The position numbers and the translations under genes were made by a program. This document shows, piece after piece, positions 55,980 through 64,000 of a stretch of 64,000 nucleotides of DNA. Each line of letters opens with the position of its first letter. Positions within the stretch are counted from its first letter, which is position 1. A model generated the notes under the pieces. That model had not been told where the DNA came from. It ran no database searches and was given only the letters and a program-made list of their open reading frames with translations. Location: positions 144,606 through 208,605 of the forward strand of contig CAJKGW010000001.1 in assembly GCA_905199545.1 (NCBI GenBank), given 5' to 3'. This DNA comes from an uncultured Collinsella sp. (GTDB lineage: Bacteria > Actinomycetota > Coriobacteriia > Coriobacteriales > Coriobacteriaceae).

Positions 55980-56705
55980 AGGGCGGTCGTACTCGCCCTG
56001 CACACGGGGATGCGAATCGGCGAGGTCTGCGGCCTTCGGTGGTGCGATGTGGATTTCGAGACGGGCCTGATCTCGATCAGACACTCGGTGGCGTACGCGA
56101 AGGGAATGGGTTCGTTCATCAAGGACACCAAGACCCATGACGCCAGGGGTATCCCCATCGACCCGGTCGGCCTACTCCCCTTCCTGAAGGAGACCCACGA
56201 GATCGACTGCGGAAAGCTGCGCTTGCGCGGCCTTACCGGGGCGGTCGAGATCGGGGACTGCTACATCCTGTCGGAGCCGGGCGCGACCTTCGCGACGACA
56301 AGCTATATCCGCAGGGCGTTCAAGACGTTCTCGGAGACCAACGGCCTCATGGGCACCAACGACGAGCTGATCACGTTCCACGGCCTTCGCCACACGTTCG
56401 CAACGCAGTGGATCCGCCAAGGCGGCGATATCAAGGCGCTCCAATCGATCCTCGGCCACAAGGACGCCATGGCGACGCTCAACGTCTACGCCGACATCGA
56501 GCCCATCTCCAAAATCCATAACATGCTGCGCGCCACGCCGTGCCTTTGGCGCGGGCACCTCGGGCCGAGGGTCGATCCGGGTCCCATGTTCCAACAGAGG
56601 ATCCAGGAGTCCATCGAGACGCTCCAGGCGTTCGGCTACGGCATCACCGAGCCGGACGACCGAAATATCGCCATACGCGACGTAAAGACGAACAGTTGGC
56701 TCTAG
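55980..56705 (+). pseudogene. Tyrosine recombinase/phage integrase, catalytic C-terminal half only (remnant)
   Basis: ALHTGMRIGEVCGLRWCDVDF (catalytic R box), HGLRHTFAT, LGH...TLNVY (Y nucleophile). The reading frame continues directly from the yozG stop codon with no N-terminal core-binding domain or start. Confidence 0.65.
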
Positions 56706-57101
56706 CTCACCGAGTACGCGGCAGTGCTGGGCCCATCCCAACTGAGGTCACGGTGGTCCGATAGGGGCGCCGCCCGCGGCATGCGCCGCGGAGCGGTATC
56801 CCCTACCGAAGGGCGGGGATGCCCTCCGCTTCCAGTTCGGAATCAGCCGTCGGAGGCGTTCGGCTGACTGCGGGAACGGTCTGTCCGCTCAACGTGTTCG
56901 GCTGAGATCGGAAATCAACCCAACACGAGCCGGACACGCGCCAGACGGCTCTTCCCCGTGCGGCCCTCCCCCTTACGCTCATGTTGCAGGCATGTAACGC
57001 CGCAGCGAGCGCGCCTTTTTTGCGCCAGACAGGTACAATGATGAACACTGTACCGTAGCGGAGCGCCCCGCGCGCGCCGCAATCACGCGAAAGGGTTTCC
57101 C

Positions 57102-57389
57102 ATGGCCGAGATCTCGTCCTCCCGTATCGTCATCACCGTCCTTGGCAAGAACCGCCCCGGCATCGTCGCCGGCGTCACCCGCGTTTTGGGCGAGGCCAAT
57201 GTCGACATCCGCGACATCACGCAGTCCATTATCGAGGACATCTTCACCATGACCATGCTGGCCGACACCGCCGAGTCCAAGCTCGACTTCGCCGAGCTGC
57301 AGAAGGCGCTGGCCGAGGCCGGCGAGCTTTCGGGCGTCAACGTGTCCATCCAGCGCGAGGACGTCTTTAACTTTATGTACCGCCTGTAG
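57102..57389 (+). CDS. ACT-domain protein (UPF0237 family)
   Basis: RIVITVLGKNRPGIVAGVTRVLGEANVDI is the ACT fold signature. Confidence 0.75.
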   Translation: MAEISSSRIVITVLGKNRPGIVAGVTRVLGEANVDIRDITQSIIEDIFTMTMLADTAESKLDFAELQKALAEAGELSGVNVSIQREDVFNFMYRL

Positions 57390-57468
57390 CGAACAGGCCG
57401 TACGGGAACAGGCCGGCGCATCTGCACCCAAGCACGCCGCCCCCCATACGGCCCCGAGAGGAGCGCGC

Positions 57469-58887
57469 ATGGCTTACGACGCCAAGAAAATCTACTACCG
57501 CTTCGATGACCATCTGAGCCGCCTGGTCTTGGATTATGAGGCGAGCCGCCAGATTTCGCCCGAAAGCGAAAACCTCTACCACGGCCTGCCGACTGATCCG
57601 TACGACGAGGGTCTGTTCGTCGAGCACAACGTCAAGCGCGGCCTGCGCAATGCCGACGGCTCGGGCGTGGTCGCGGGCCTTACCCGTATCTCGGATGTGC
57701 ACGGCTACAACAAGGTCGACGGCAAAGTCGTGCCCGACCAGGGCAAGCTCACGCTGCGCGGCTATAGCATCGAGGATCTGGTCAACAATGCCCAGTCCGA
57801 GAATCGCTATGGCTACGAAGAAGTCGCCTATCTGCTTATCACGGGCTCGCTGCCCAACAAAGAGGAGCTCGACGGTTTTTGCGAGCGCTTGGGCGCCTTT
57901 AGGCATCTGAGCGACGAATACGTCAAAGAGTTCCCCATGACCACGGTGTCGTCGAGCATCATGAATGTGCTCCAGCGCGCCGTGTTGCTGCTTTACGCCT
58001 TCGACGCCGAGCCCGACGCGATTACGCCCGAGCATGAGATCGACGTGGCCATTTCCATGCTCGCACGTCTCCCGCGCATCGCCGCCTTCGCACACATGGC
58101 CTCGATCGCCAAGCTTCGCGGCTCCGAGGTTCACGTGCCGCACCCCACGCCCGGTCTCTCCACCGCCGAGACCATCCTACAGGTGCTCCGCGGCGGTATG
58201 GCGTTCACCCGCGATGAAGCCATGCTGCTCGACGTGATGCTCATGCTGCATGCAGAGCACGGCGGCGGCAACAACTCCACCTTCGCCTGCCGCGTGCTGT
58301 CCTCTTCGGCCACCGACCCGTATTCTGCCTACGCCGCGGCTATCGGCTCGCTCAAGGGTCCGCGCCACGGCGGTGCCAACGCCAAGGTCGTGTCCATGCA
58401 CGAGGACATCCGTGCGCATGTCTCCAATTGGGAGGACGAGGACGAGGTCGCGGCCTACCTAGGCAAGATCCTCGATAAGCAGGCCTTCGACGGCACGGGT
58501 CTCATCTACGGTATGGGCCACGCCGTCTACACGCTGAGCGACCCACGTGCCGAGGTGTGCCGCCGTTACGCGCGCACGCTTGCCGCCAAGAAGGACCTGG
58601 GCGATGAGTTCGCACTCATCGAGCGCATCGAGCGCCTGGCGCCGCAGGTGATGCGCGATCACGGCATGACCAAGCCCATCTGCGCCAACATCGACCTATA
58701 CACGGGCTTTATCTACAAGATGCTCGGCGTGCCCGAGACGCTCTTTACGCCGCTATTCGCCGTTGCCCGCATGGCCGGCTGGTCGGCGCACCGCATGGAA
58801 GAGCTCTTCTGCGCACATCGCATCATCCGCCCGGCATACCGTCCGGTGATCGAGCCGCTGAAGTACAAGCCGCTCGCCGACCGCTAG
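57469..58887 (+). CDS. Citrate synthase family protein
   Basis: LHAEHGGGNNSTF, GMGHAVY and NIDLYTG are the three conserved citrate synthase boxes. Confidence 0.85.
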   Translation: MAYDAKKIYYRFDDHLSRLVLDYEASRQISPESENLYHGLPTDPYDEGLFVEHNVKRGLRNADGSGVVAGLTRISDVHGYNKVDGKVVPDQGKLTLRGYSIEDLVNNAQSENRYGYEEVAYLLITGSLPNKEELDGFCERLGAFRHLSDEYVKEFPMTTVSSSIMNVLQRAVLLLYAFDAEPDAITPEHEIDVAISMLARLPRIAAFAHMASIAKLRGSEVHVPHPTPGLSTAETILQVLRGGMAFTRDEAMLLDVMLMLHAEHGGGNNSTFACRVLSSSATDPYSAYAAAIGSLKGPRHGGANAKVVSMHEDIRAHVSNWEDEDEVAAYLGKILDKQAFDGTGLIYGMGHAVYTLSDPRAEVCRRYARTLAAKKDLGDEFALIERIERLAPQVMRDHGMTKPICANIDLYTGFIYKMLGVPETLFTPLFAVARMAGWSAHRMEELFCAHRIIRPAYRPVIEPLKYKPLADR

Positions 58888-58974
58888 GACGCGGACCGTT
58901 ATAGAACCCGAGCGTGGCCAGGGCATCACCGCCCTCGGCCACGCTTTTTATGCCAGTAGAAAGGGCTGCATCGA

Positions 58975-59817
58975 ATGATTGTGTTTTCCGACATGGATGG
59001 AACGCTGCTGACGAGCGATAAGCAGATGAGCGACGCCACCTGGGCGATGCTCGACGAGCTCGCGCGCCGCGGTATTGAGTTTGTGCCCTGCACGGGGCGC
59101 CCGCTGTCGGGCGTCTTTGAGCCCATCCTCGCCCACCCCGCCGTACACTACGCAGTCTGCGCCAACGGTGCCAGCGTCTGGCAGCTCGACGACGGTACGC
59201 CTACCGATGTCTCACGTGCTACACGCATTTTGAGCCGACCACTCGACCGCGCCATCGCCCACCGCGTCCATAGCATTGCCGCCGGCCACGATGTGACCTT
59301 CGATATCTTCGCGGACGGGCAGTGCTTCCTCCCCCGCCCGCTCTACACGCGCCTGGACGAATTCTGTGGCGGCGATCCTCACATCGCGGCTTCGCTCAAG
59401 CGCACGCGAACGCCGATCGACATGGATATCGACAGCAAAATCGACGAAGTCGAGGTGCTCGAACGCATCGCCATGTACTGGCACGACCCGGCCGATCGCG
59501 ACGCCATCGCGGTTGAGCTCGACACGCTCGGAGGCATTGAGGTCACGCGTTCGTACTCCATGAATATCGAGGTCATGGGCGAGGGCGCCACCAAGGGAAC
59601 AGCCCTCACGTGGCTATGCGAGCACCTGGGCGAGCGTCTCGCCGACGCCTGGGCGTTCGGCGACAACATCAACGACATCCCCATGCTGCAGGCAGCGGGC
59701 CACGGCATGGCCATGATCAACGGCGAACCCGAAGACCACGAGGCCGCCGACGCCATCACCGAATACGACAACGACCACGACGGCGTCGCCCGCACCATCA
59801 TGGCCGCCCTCGCCTAG
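58975..59817 (+). CDS. Cof-type HAD-IIB phosphatase
   Basis: DMDGTLL motif I, GDNINDIPM motif IV. Confidence 0.8.
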   Translation: MIVFSDMDGTLLTSDKQMSDATWAMLDELARRGIEFVPCTGRPLSGVFEPILAHPAVHYAVCANGASVWQLDDGTPTDVSRATRILSRPLDRAIAHRVHSIAAGHDVTFDIFADGQCFLPRPLYTRLDEFCGGDPHIAASLKRTRTPIDMDIDSKIDEVEVLERIAMYWHDPADRDAIAVELDTLGGIEVTRSYSMNIEVMGEGATKGTALTWLCEHLGERLADAWAFGDNINDIPMLQAAGHGMAMINGEPEDHEAADAITEYDNDHDGVARTIMAALA

Positions 59818-59820
59818 TCA

Positions 59821-59955
59821 TCGGCCAGTCATTGGGGACGTTCTTAAACGACTAGTCATTGGGGACGTTCTTCGCGAAAGCCACAAGGACTGTCCCAACC
59901 TGCCGGCACTTGGGGACGTTCCCAAACTGCCGGCAGGAAAGGAACGTCCCCAAAT
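59821..59955. repeat. Family B locus. It holds two direct copies of GACTAGTCATTGGGGACGTTCTT(AAAC) plus a TTGGGGACGTTCC...GGAACGTCCCCAA hairpin with a CTGCCGGCAG loop palindrome
   Basis: Direct reading between two convergent Cof genes. Confidence 0.75.
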
Positions 59956-59961
59956 GCCAGT

Positions 59962-60756
59962 CTAGGCGAGGCTCTCCAGCATGCGGCGGAGCTCCTGTTG
60001 GACGGCGTGGTCGCGGTTGCACCCCACCACACGATCGGCAACGGCCTTGAGCGCAGGGCGCGCGTTTTCCATCGCGCAGCCCGTGCCGACAAAGCGAATG
60101 ATCTCGTAGTCGTTCATCGAGTCGCCAAACGCCATGACCTCGTCGCGTCCAATGCCGTAATGCTCCGCGAGCTGCGCGATACCCGAGGCCTTCGACACAC
60201 CAGGCTGCATGGCATCGATCCACGCGTTGCCCGAAGGCGCAAAAGTAAAGAGCTGACCAAGTTCGCGCTGTAGCACGTACGCACTGTCCATAACCGCACT
60301 GTCGTCGCAAAAGATACTCGCTTTGATGATATTTACGCTGGGATCGGGCAGCTCCCAAATGCGCTCGGCATTGGGAAGGTCCTTATCGACCTCACGCACG
60401 AACTTGCACTCGTCATCGAGCAGGAAGGACTTGGTTCGGTCAAAGAGCGCAAGATGCAGATTGGGAAACGTCCTGACGGCTTGGGCGAGCCTTCGAATCG
60501 CCAGGTGGGAATACACCTCACGGTCTACCATCTTACCGTCGGCGTAGACCTGGGCGCCGTTAGCGGCGACAAAGTCCATCTTGTCGCGAACGGGCGCAAA
60601 GAACTCGCACAGGCGATCGTAGCGACGACCTGACGATGCGGCGAAATGCACGCCATGCTCGCGTAGCGCCAGAATCAGTTCGTAGGTCTCGGGAGGCACC
60701 TGGCCGTTTTCGTCAAGCAGTGTGCCGTCCATATCGGATGCAATCAGTTTAAACAT
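59962..60756 (-). CDS. Cof-type HAD-IIB phosphatase
   Basis: SDMDGTLL, GDSMNDYEI. Confidence 0.8.
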   Translation of the reverse strand: MFKLIASDMDGTLLDENGQVPPETYELILALREHGVHFAASSGRRYDRLCEFFAPVRDKMDFVAANGAQVYADGKMVDREVYSHLAIRRLAQAVRTFPNLHLALFDRTKSFLLDDECKFVREVDKDLPNAERIWELPDPSVNIIKASIFCDDSAVMDSAYVLQRELGQLFTFAPSGNAWIDAMQPGVSKASGIAQLAEHYGIGRDEVMAFGDSMNDYEIIRFVGTGCAMENARPALKAVADRVVGCNRDHAVQQELRRMLESLA

Positions 60757-60917
60757 AGAAAAGCTCCCTTCGGGCTTGTTGGAATCGAACGTGTATCCGA
60801 TTCCAACGTACCCAAAGGGAGCTCAAATAAGACGCCGCAGTCGTAAACGTTACATAGACCTGGCAAATAGCTCACACATGCCAGGGGTCCTACGGTCGCG
60901 GCGTCAGGCAGCCCGCC

Positions 60918-60996
60918 AAAGAGTGTCCCCGATGACTAGTCGTTTAAGAACGTCCCCGATGACTAGTCGTTTAAGAACGTCCCCGATGACTAGTCG
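60918..60996. repeat. Family B locus in the opposite orientation, 2.5 tandem copies of GTTTAAGAACGTCCCCGATGACTAGTC
   Basis: Direct reading. Reverse complement of the 59825-59872 unit. It abuts the ade stop. Confidence 0.75.
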
Positions 60997-62810
60997 GCGT
61001 AGGTGAAAGTGGTGACGTCGAACATGCCCTCGGGGCGGATGCGGAGCGTCGGGATAACCGGCAAGGGCAGGAAGATGATGCCCATGATGGGATCGAGCGG
61101 CGGCTCAATGCCCATGGCGCGCGCCTTGACCATAAAGTCGTCATGCTGTGCGGCCACGTCCTCGGCAGCGCCTTCGCTCATCAGGCCGCCGAGCGCCAGC
61201 GGAATGCGCGCCACGACCTCGCCGTTGCGCACCAGCACGTGGCCGCCCTGGCCCACGGCCTCAACGGCAGCCATCATATCCGCCGCATTGTCGCCCACCA
61301 CGCACACGTTGTGCGAGTCGTGGCCAATCGTGGAGGCAATGGCGCCACCCGTGATGGTAAAGCCGCGCACCCAGCCGCGACCGATATGCTTGCCAACCAA
61401 GCCCAGACCCGCGGGGCCGTCACCGTCGGCGCCCTCGGCCTGCAGCGACACGCCGCGGCCGTGGCGCTCGATCAGCATAATGCGGCGCAGGCCCTCGGCA
61501 CTCTCGGGGCGAACCATACCCGTGATAGCCATACCCGGGATGACATCGATAACGGCCTCGCCCGGCTTAAAGGCATAGTCGAACACGTCGAGCGATAGCT
61601 TCGGCAGCTTAACGGAAGCACGCAGCTCATCGGCAAGCGCTGCGACCTCGGCCATCTCGGGTGCGATCTCGCCCACAAAGGTGCCGTCCTGCGCCACCAG
61701 AGCACCGGCGGCATATACGCGATGCGGAGCCTTGGCAAACGTCAGGTCATCGAGCAACAGCAGGTCGGCGCGTTTGCCCGGGGCGATCGCGCCACGGAGC
61801 TCATGCGGGTCGCGACAGCCGTGGTCCAGGCCAAATGCCTCAGCCGTGGAAAGGGACGCCATGGAGATGGCGACCACCGGGTCGATGCCGGCCTCGATGG
61901 CCACGCGGCAGGCATTGTCGATCATACCGGTCGAAAGAGCATCGGAGGGAGCGCGGTCGTCGGTCGCAAAGCAGCAGCGGCGGGCGCGGGCAGGGTTCTC
62001 CAGCAGCATCGGAGACAAATTGGCCAGGTCGTGGCTGCACGTGCCCTCACGCAGCATCACATACATGCCGCGGGACAGCTTGTCGAGCGCCTCCTCGGGA
62101 ATCGTCGACTCGTGGTCGGCGATAATGCCCGCTGCGGCATAGGCGTTGAGGTCCATACCGGCAACGAGCGGCGCGTGGCCGTCAACCTGCTTGGACGGCG
62201 TCTGGTTGGCAGCATCGATGCGGGCACAGGTCTCGGGGTCGGCCATAAAGACGCCCGGCAGGTTCATCATTTCGCCCAGACCAAAGACATCGCCCGGATG
62301 CTCGGCAAAAAACGCCTGCATGTCAGCGGCGGTAATCACAGCGCCCGCTTGCTCGTCGGGCAGTGCGGGCACGCACGAAGGCATCATGTACTTGATGGAG
62401 ATGGGCGCACGACGACCATCCTCGATCATAAAGCGCAGGCCGTCGAGACCGGCAACATTGGCAATCTCGTGGCTGTCGGCAATGGCGGTGGTAGTACCGC
62501 GCGTCGCGGCCATGCGAGCATACTCGGCGGGACGGATGTTCGAGGACTCAATGTGCAGATGCCCGTCAATAAAACCGGGAGCGAGATAGCGACCCTGGCA
62601 GTCGACGACCTCAGTTGCCTCGTAGGTGCCAGCGGCATCGTCGCGACCATCGTAGAGCACGCCGACGATCACACCGTCCTTGACGGCAACGCTACCGGGC
62701 GCCACACGCTGGCCATACACGTCGACGATCTGCGCATTGGTAAACAGCGTGTCGACGGGCACGCGGCCCTCGGCGGCCTCGATCACAGACCTCATGACCT
62801 CAACGGACAT
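60990..62810 (-). CDS. ade: Adenine deaminase
   Basis: GFIDGHLHIESS metal site and an amidohydrolase fold. Start MSVEVMRS with an AAAGGAGAA SD. Confidence 0.85.
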   Translation of the reverse strand: MSVEVMRSVIEAAEGRVPVDTLFTNAQIVDVYGQRVAPGSVAVKDGVIVGVLYDGRDDAAGTYEATEVVDCQGRYLAPGFIDGHLHIESSNIRPAEYARMAATRGTTTAIADSHEIANVAGLDGLRFMIEDGRRAPISIKYMMPSCVPALPDEQAGAVITAADMQAFFAEHPGDVFGLGEMMNLPGVFMADPETCARIDAANQTPSKQVDGHAPLVAGMDLNAYAAAGIIADHESTIPEEALDKLSRGMYVMLREGTCSHDLANLSPMLLENPARARRCCFATDDRAPSDALSTGMIDNACRVAIEAGIDPVVAISMASLSTAEAFGLDHGCRDPHELRGAIAPGKRADLLLLDDLTFAKAPHRVYAAGALVAQDGTFVGEIAPEMAEVAALADELRASVKLPKLSLDVFDYAFKPGEAVIDVIPGMAITGMVRPESAEGLRRIMLIERHGRGVSLQAEGADGDGPAGLGLVGKHIGRGWVRGFTITGGAIASTIGHDSHNVCVVGDNAADMMAAVEAVGQGGHVLVRNGEVVARIPLALGGLMSEGAAEDVAAQHDDFMVKARAMGIEPPLDPIMGIIFLPLPVIPTLRIRPEGMFDVTTFTYAD

Positions 62811-62940
62811 ACATTCTCCTTTAACCGTAGAAAACAGCTGCGGAGCGGACAGGCCTTCACCGCAGCAAGACAATAGCCATTGTATGCCCAAACGATGGGT
62901 CGGGAATACACCCCCTCCGCTTAACGGCACACGCCGCTTG

Positions 62941-63020
62941 GCGCAATGGGGACAGGTTGCTTTGTACCAATGACAAGGAGTGTCCCAAAGTGCCGGCACA
63001 AAAGGAACGTCCCCAAGTGC
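62941..63020. repeat. Composite Family C/B motif (GGGGACAGGTTGCTTTGTACCAA; CAAGGAGTGTCCCAAAGTGCCGGCAC...GGAACGTCCCC)
   Basis: Direct reading upstream of ade. Confidence 0.55.
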
Positions 63021-63027
63021 CGCAAAA

Positions 63028-63146
63028 TGATGAGAGTGGATAATCTCCCACTTTGAACCCCAAAGCAGGCCAAAAACGGAAGATTATCCACTCTCATTCT
63101 GTGGGCACTCATTTAAGTCTGTCCCCAATGAGTGCACCTAACTGCC
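63028..63146. repeat. Nested palindromes. 17-bp perfect IR ATGAGAGTGGATAATCT...AGATTATCCACTCTCAT plus GGGCACTCATT...AATGAGTGCACC
   Basis: Direct reading ~170 bp upstream of the IS110 transposase start. Confidence 0.7.
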
Positions 63147-63315
63147 ACCTACAACAACGGAAGCGCCGATGTCTTGGCAACGACAGACACTATGACCCAA
63201 TCCGAGGGCACTAAAAAGATAGGAGCCCCCGCTCGTGACCGCGGGTCGGGGCTGCGACAATGATGTTGAAGTGCCATAGGCGCAGCCGCGCCGCAACGAG
63301 GTTGGGAGGCTCCCA

Positions 63316-64000
63316 TGCCAAAGTATTCTACCGCGTTCGGGATGGACGTCCACCTGAGGTCGACCACCGTCTGCGCCCTCGACGCGGACACCGGCGAGGC
63401 CGTGACGAGGAGGTTCCCCGGCAACCCCTGGGGCGAGATCGCCGGGTGGATGGATGGGTTCCCCGGGCCGTCGCTCGCGGCCTACGAGAGCGGCTACCCC
63501 GGCTTCGCCCCGCAGAGGGAGCTCGCCGGGCTCGGCGTCGAGTGTGTCGTCGCCGCGGTCTCGAAGATCCCCAGGTCGGCCGCCGACTCGGCCTCCAAGA
63601 ACGACAGGAACGACGCCGCCAGGATGGCCAAGGCGATACTCGCCCACGACATCTCCCCCGTATGGGTCCCCTCCCCCGAGGTCGAGGGCATCAGGGACCT
63701 CGCCGGCGCCTACGACGGGGCGACCGCGCGCCTGGCGACCGCCAAGCAGCGGCTGCTCGCCTTCCTCGCAAAGCGAGGGTTCGTCTACGGCGGCACCACG
63801 CCCGCCGGCAACCCGAGGAAGTACTGGACCTACGACTTCCTGAGGTGGCTCGACAAGGTCAGGCCGGAGGACGACGGCGGGGTTCGGACGCTCGCCGCCC
63901 TGAGGAACGAGGTCGAGGCCGCGGCGGAGGCCCGGGCGGACCTGCTCTCCGAGTACAGGGCGGCCGTGGATGCCAGCCCGATCGCCGCGGAGGCGGCCGC
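63316..64000 (+). mobile_element. IS110-family transposase gene (5' part; continues beyond the window)
   Basis: MPKYSTAFGMDVHLRSTTVCALDADTGEAV is the DEDD N-terminal domain start. KNDRNDAARMAKA is the conserved IS110 motif. GGGAGG SD. Local GC around 70%. Confidence 0.85.

Noticed and set aside
56740-56900. tRNA gene as an integrase attachment site next to the integrase remnant
   Set aside because: AGTTCGGAATC resembles a T-loop superficially, but no acceptor or anticodon arms can be drawn. It is probably just GC-rich hairpins.

Overview
The 64-kb window is a high-GC chromosomal segment, roughly 60-65% GC by inspection. It looks Actinomycetota-like, possibly Coriobacteriia; that taxonomic call is inference from gene content and composition only. 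Core genes sit mostly on the minus strand. They include an Fe-alcohol dehydrogenase (partial), a YgiQ radical-SAM protein, and an alpha-glucoside PTS operon (EIIA, LicT-type antiterminator, EIICB, GH4 6-phospho-alpha-glucosidase). There is a DEAD-box helicase with a long RGG/RD tail and a copper module (copA-copZ-csoR). Further along are gltBD, gpmA, mntH, rubredoxin plus flavin reductase, smpB, tRNA-Glu and tRNA-Gln, RNase R, ftsEX, split transketolase, secA-prfB, rpmE, citrate synthase, two Cof-type HAD phosphatases and adenine deaminase. The most striking signal is non-coding. At least three families of structured intergenic repeats are spread through the window. Family A is a modular hairpin-array element with a 16-bp perfect stem, a conserved ~25-nt loop and a ~22-nt linker, tandemly repeated 2-3 times at five loci. 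Two of these arrays exactly bracket a DUF559/AbiEi-like gene. Family B is a GACTAGTCATTGGGGACGTTCTTAAAC unit that flanks a HAD gene in inverted orientation. Family C is a GGGGACAGG...TGCACCA hairpin. There is also a 28-bp perfect inverted repeat upstream of ftsE. Accessory content includes a low-GC island at 0.8-1.8 kb and a DinJ/RelB-like gene fused in an operon-like way to a CPBP (Abi) protease and flanked by 28-bp direct repeats. There is also an orphan serine recombinase. A putative secreted Cys-rich peptide sits next to a three-gene ABC-2 transporter set, a DUF2975/YozG pair and an integrase remnant. An IS110-family transposase is truncated at the window end.
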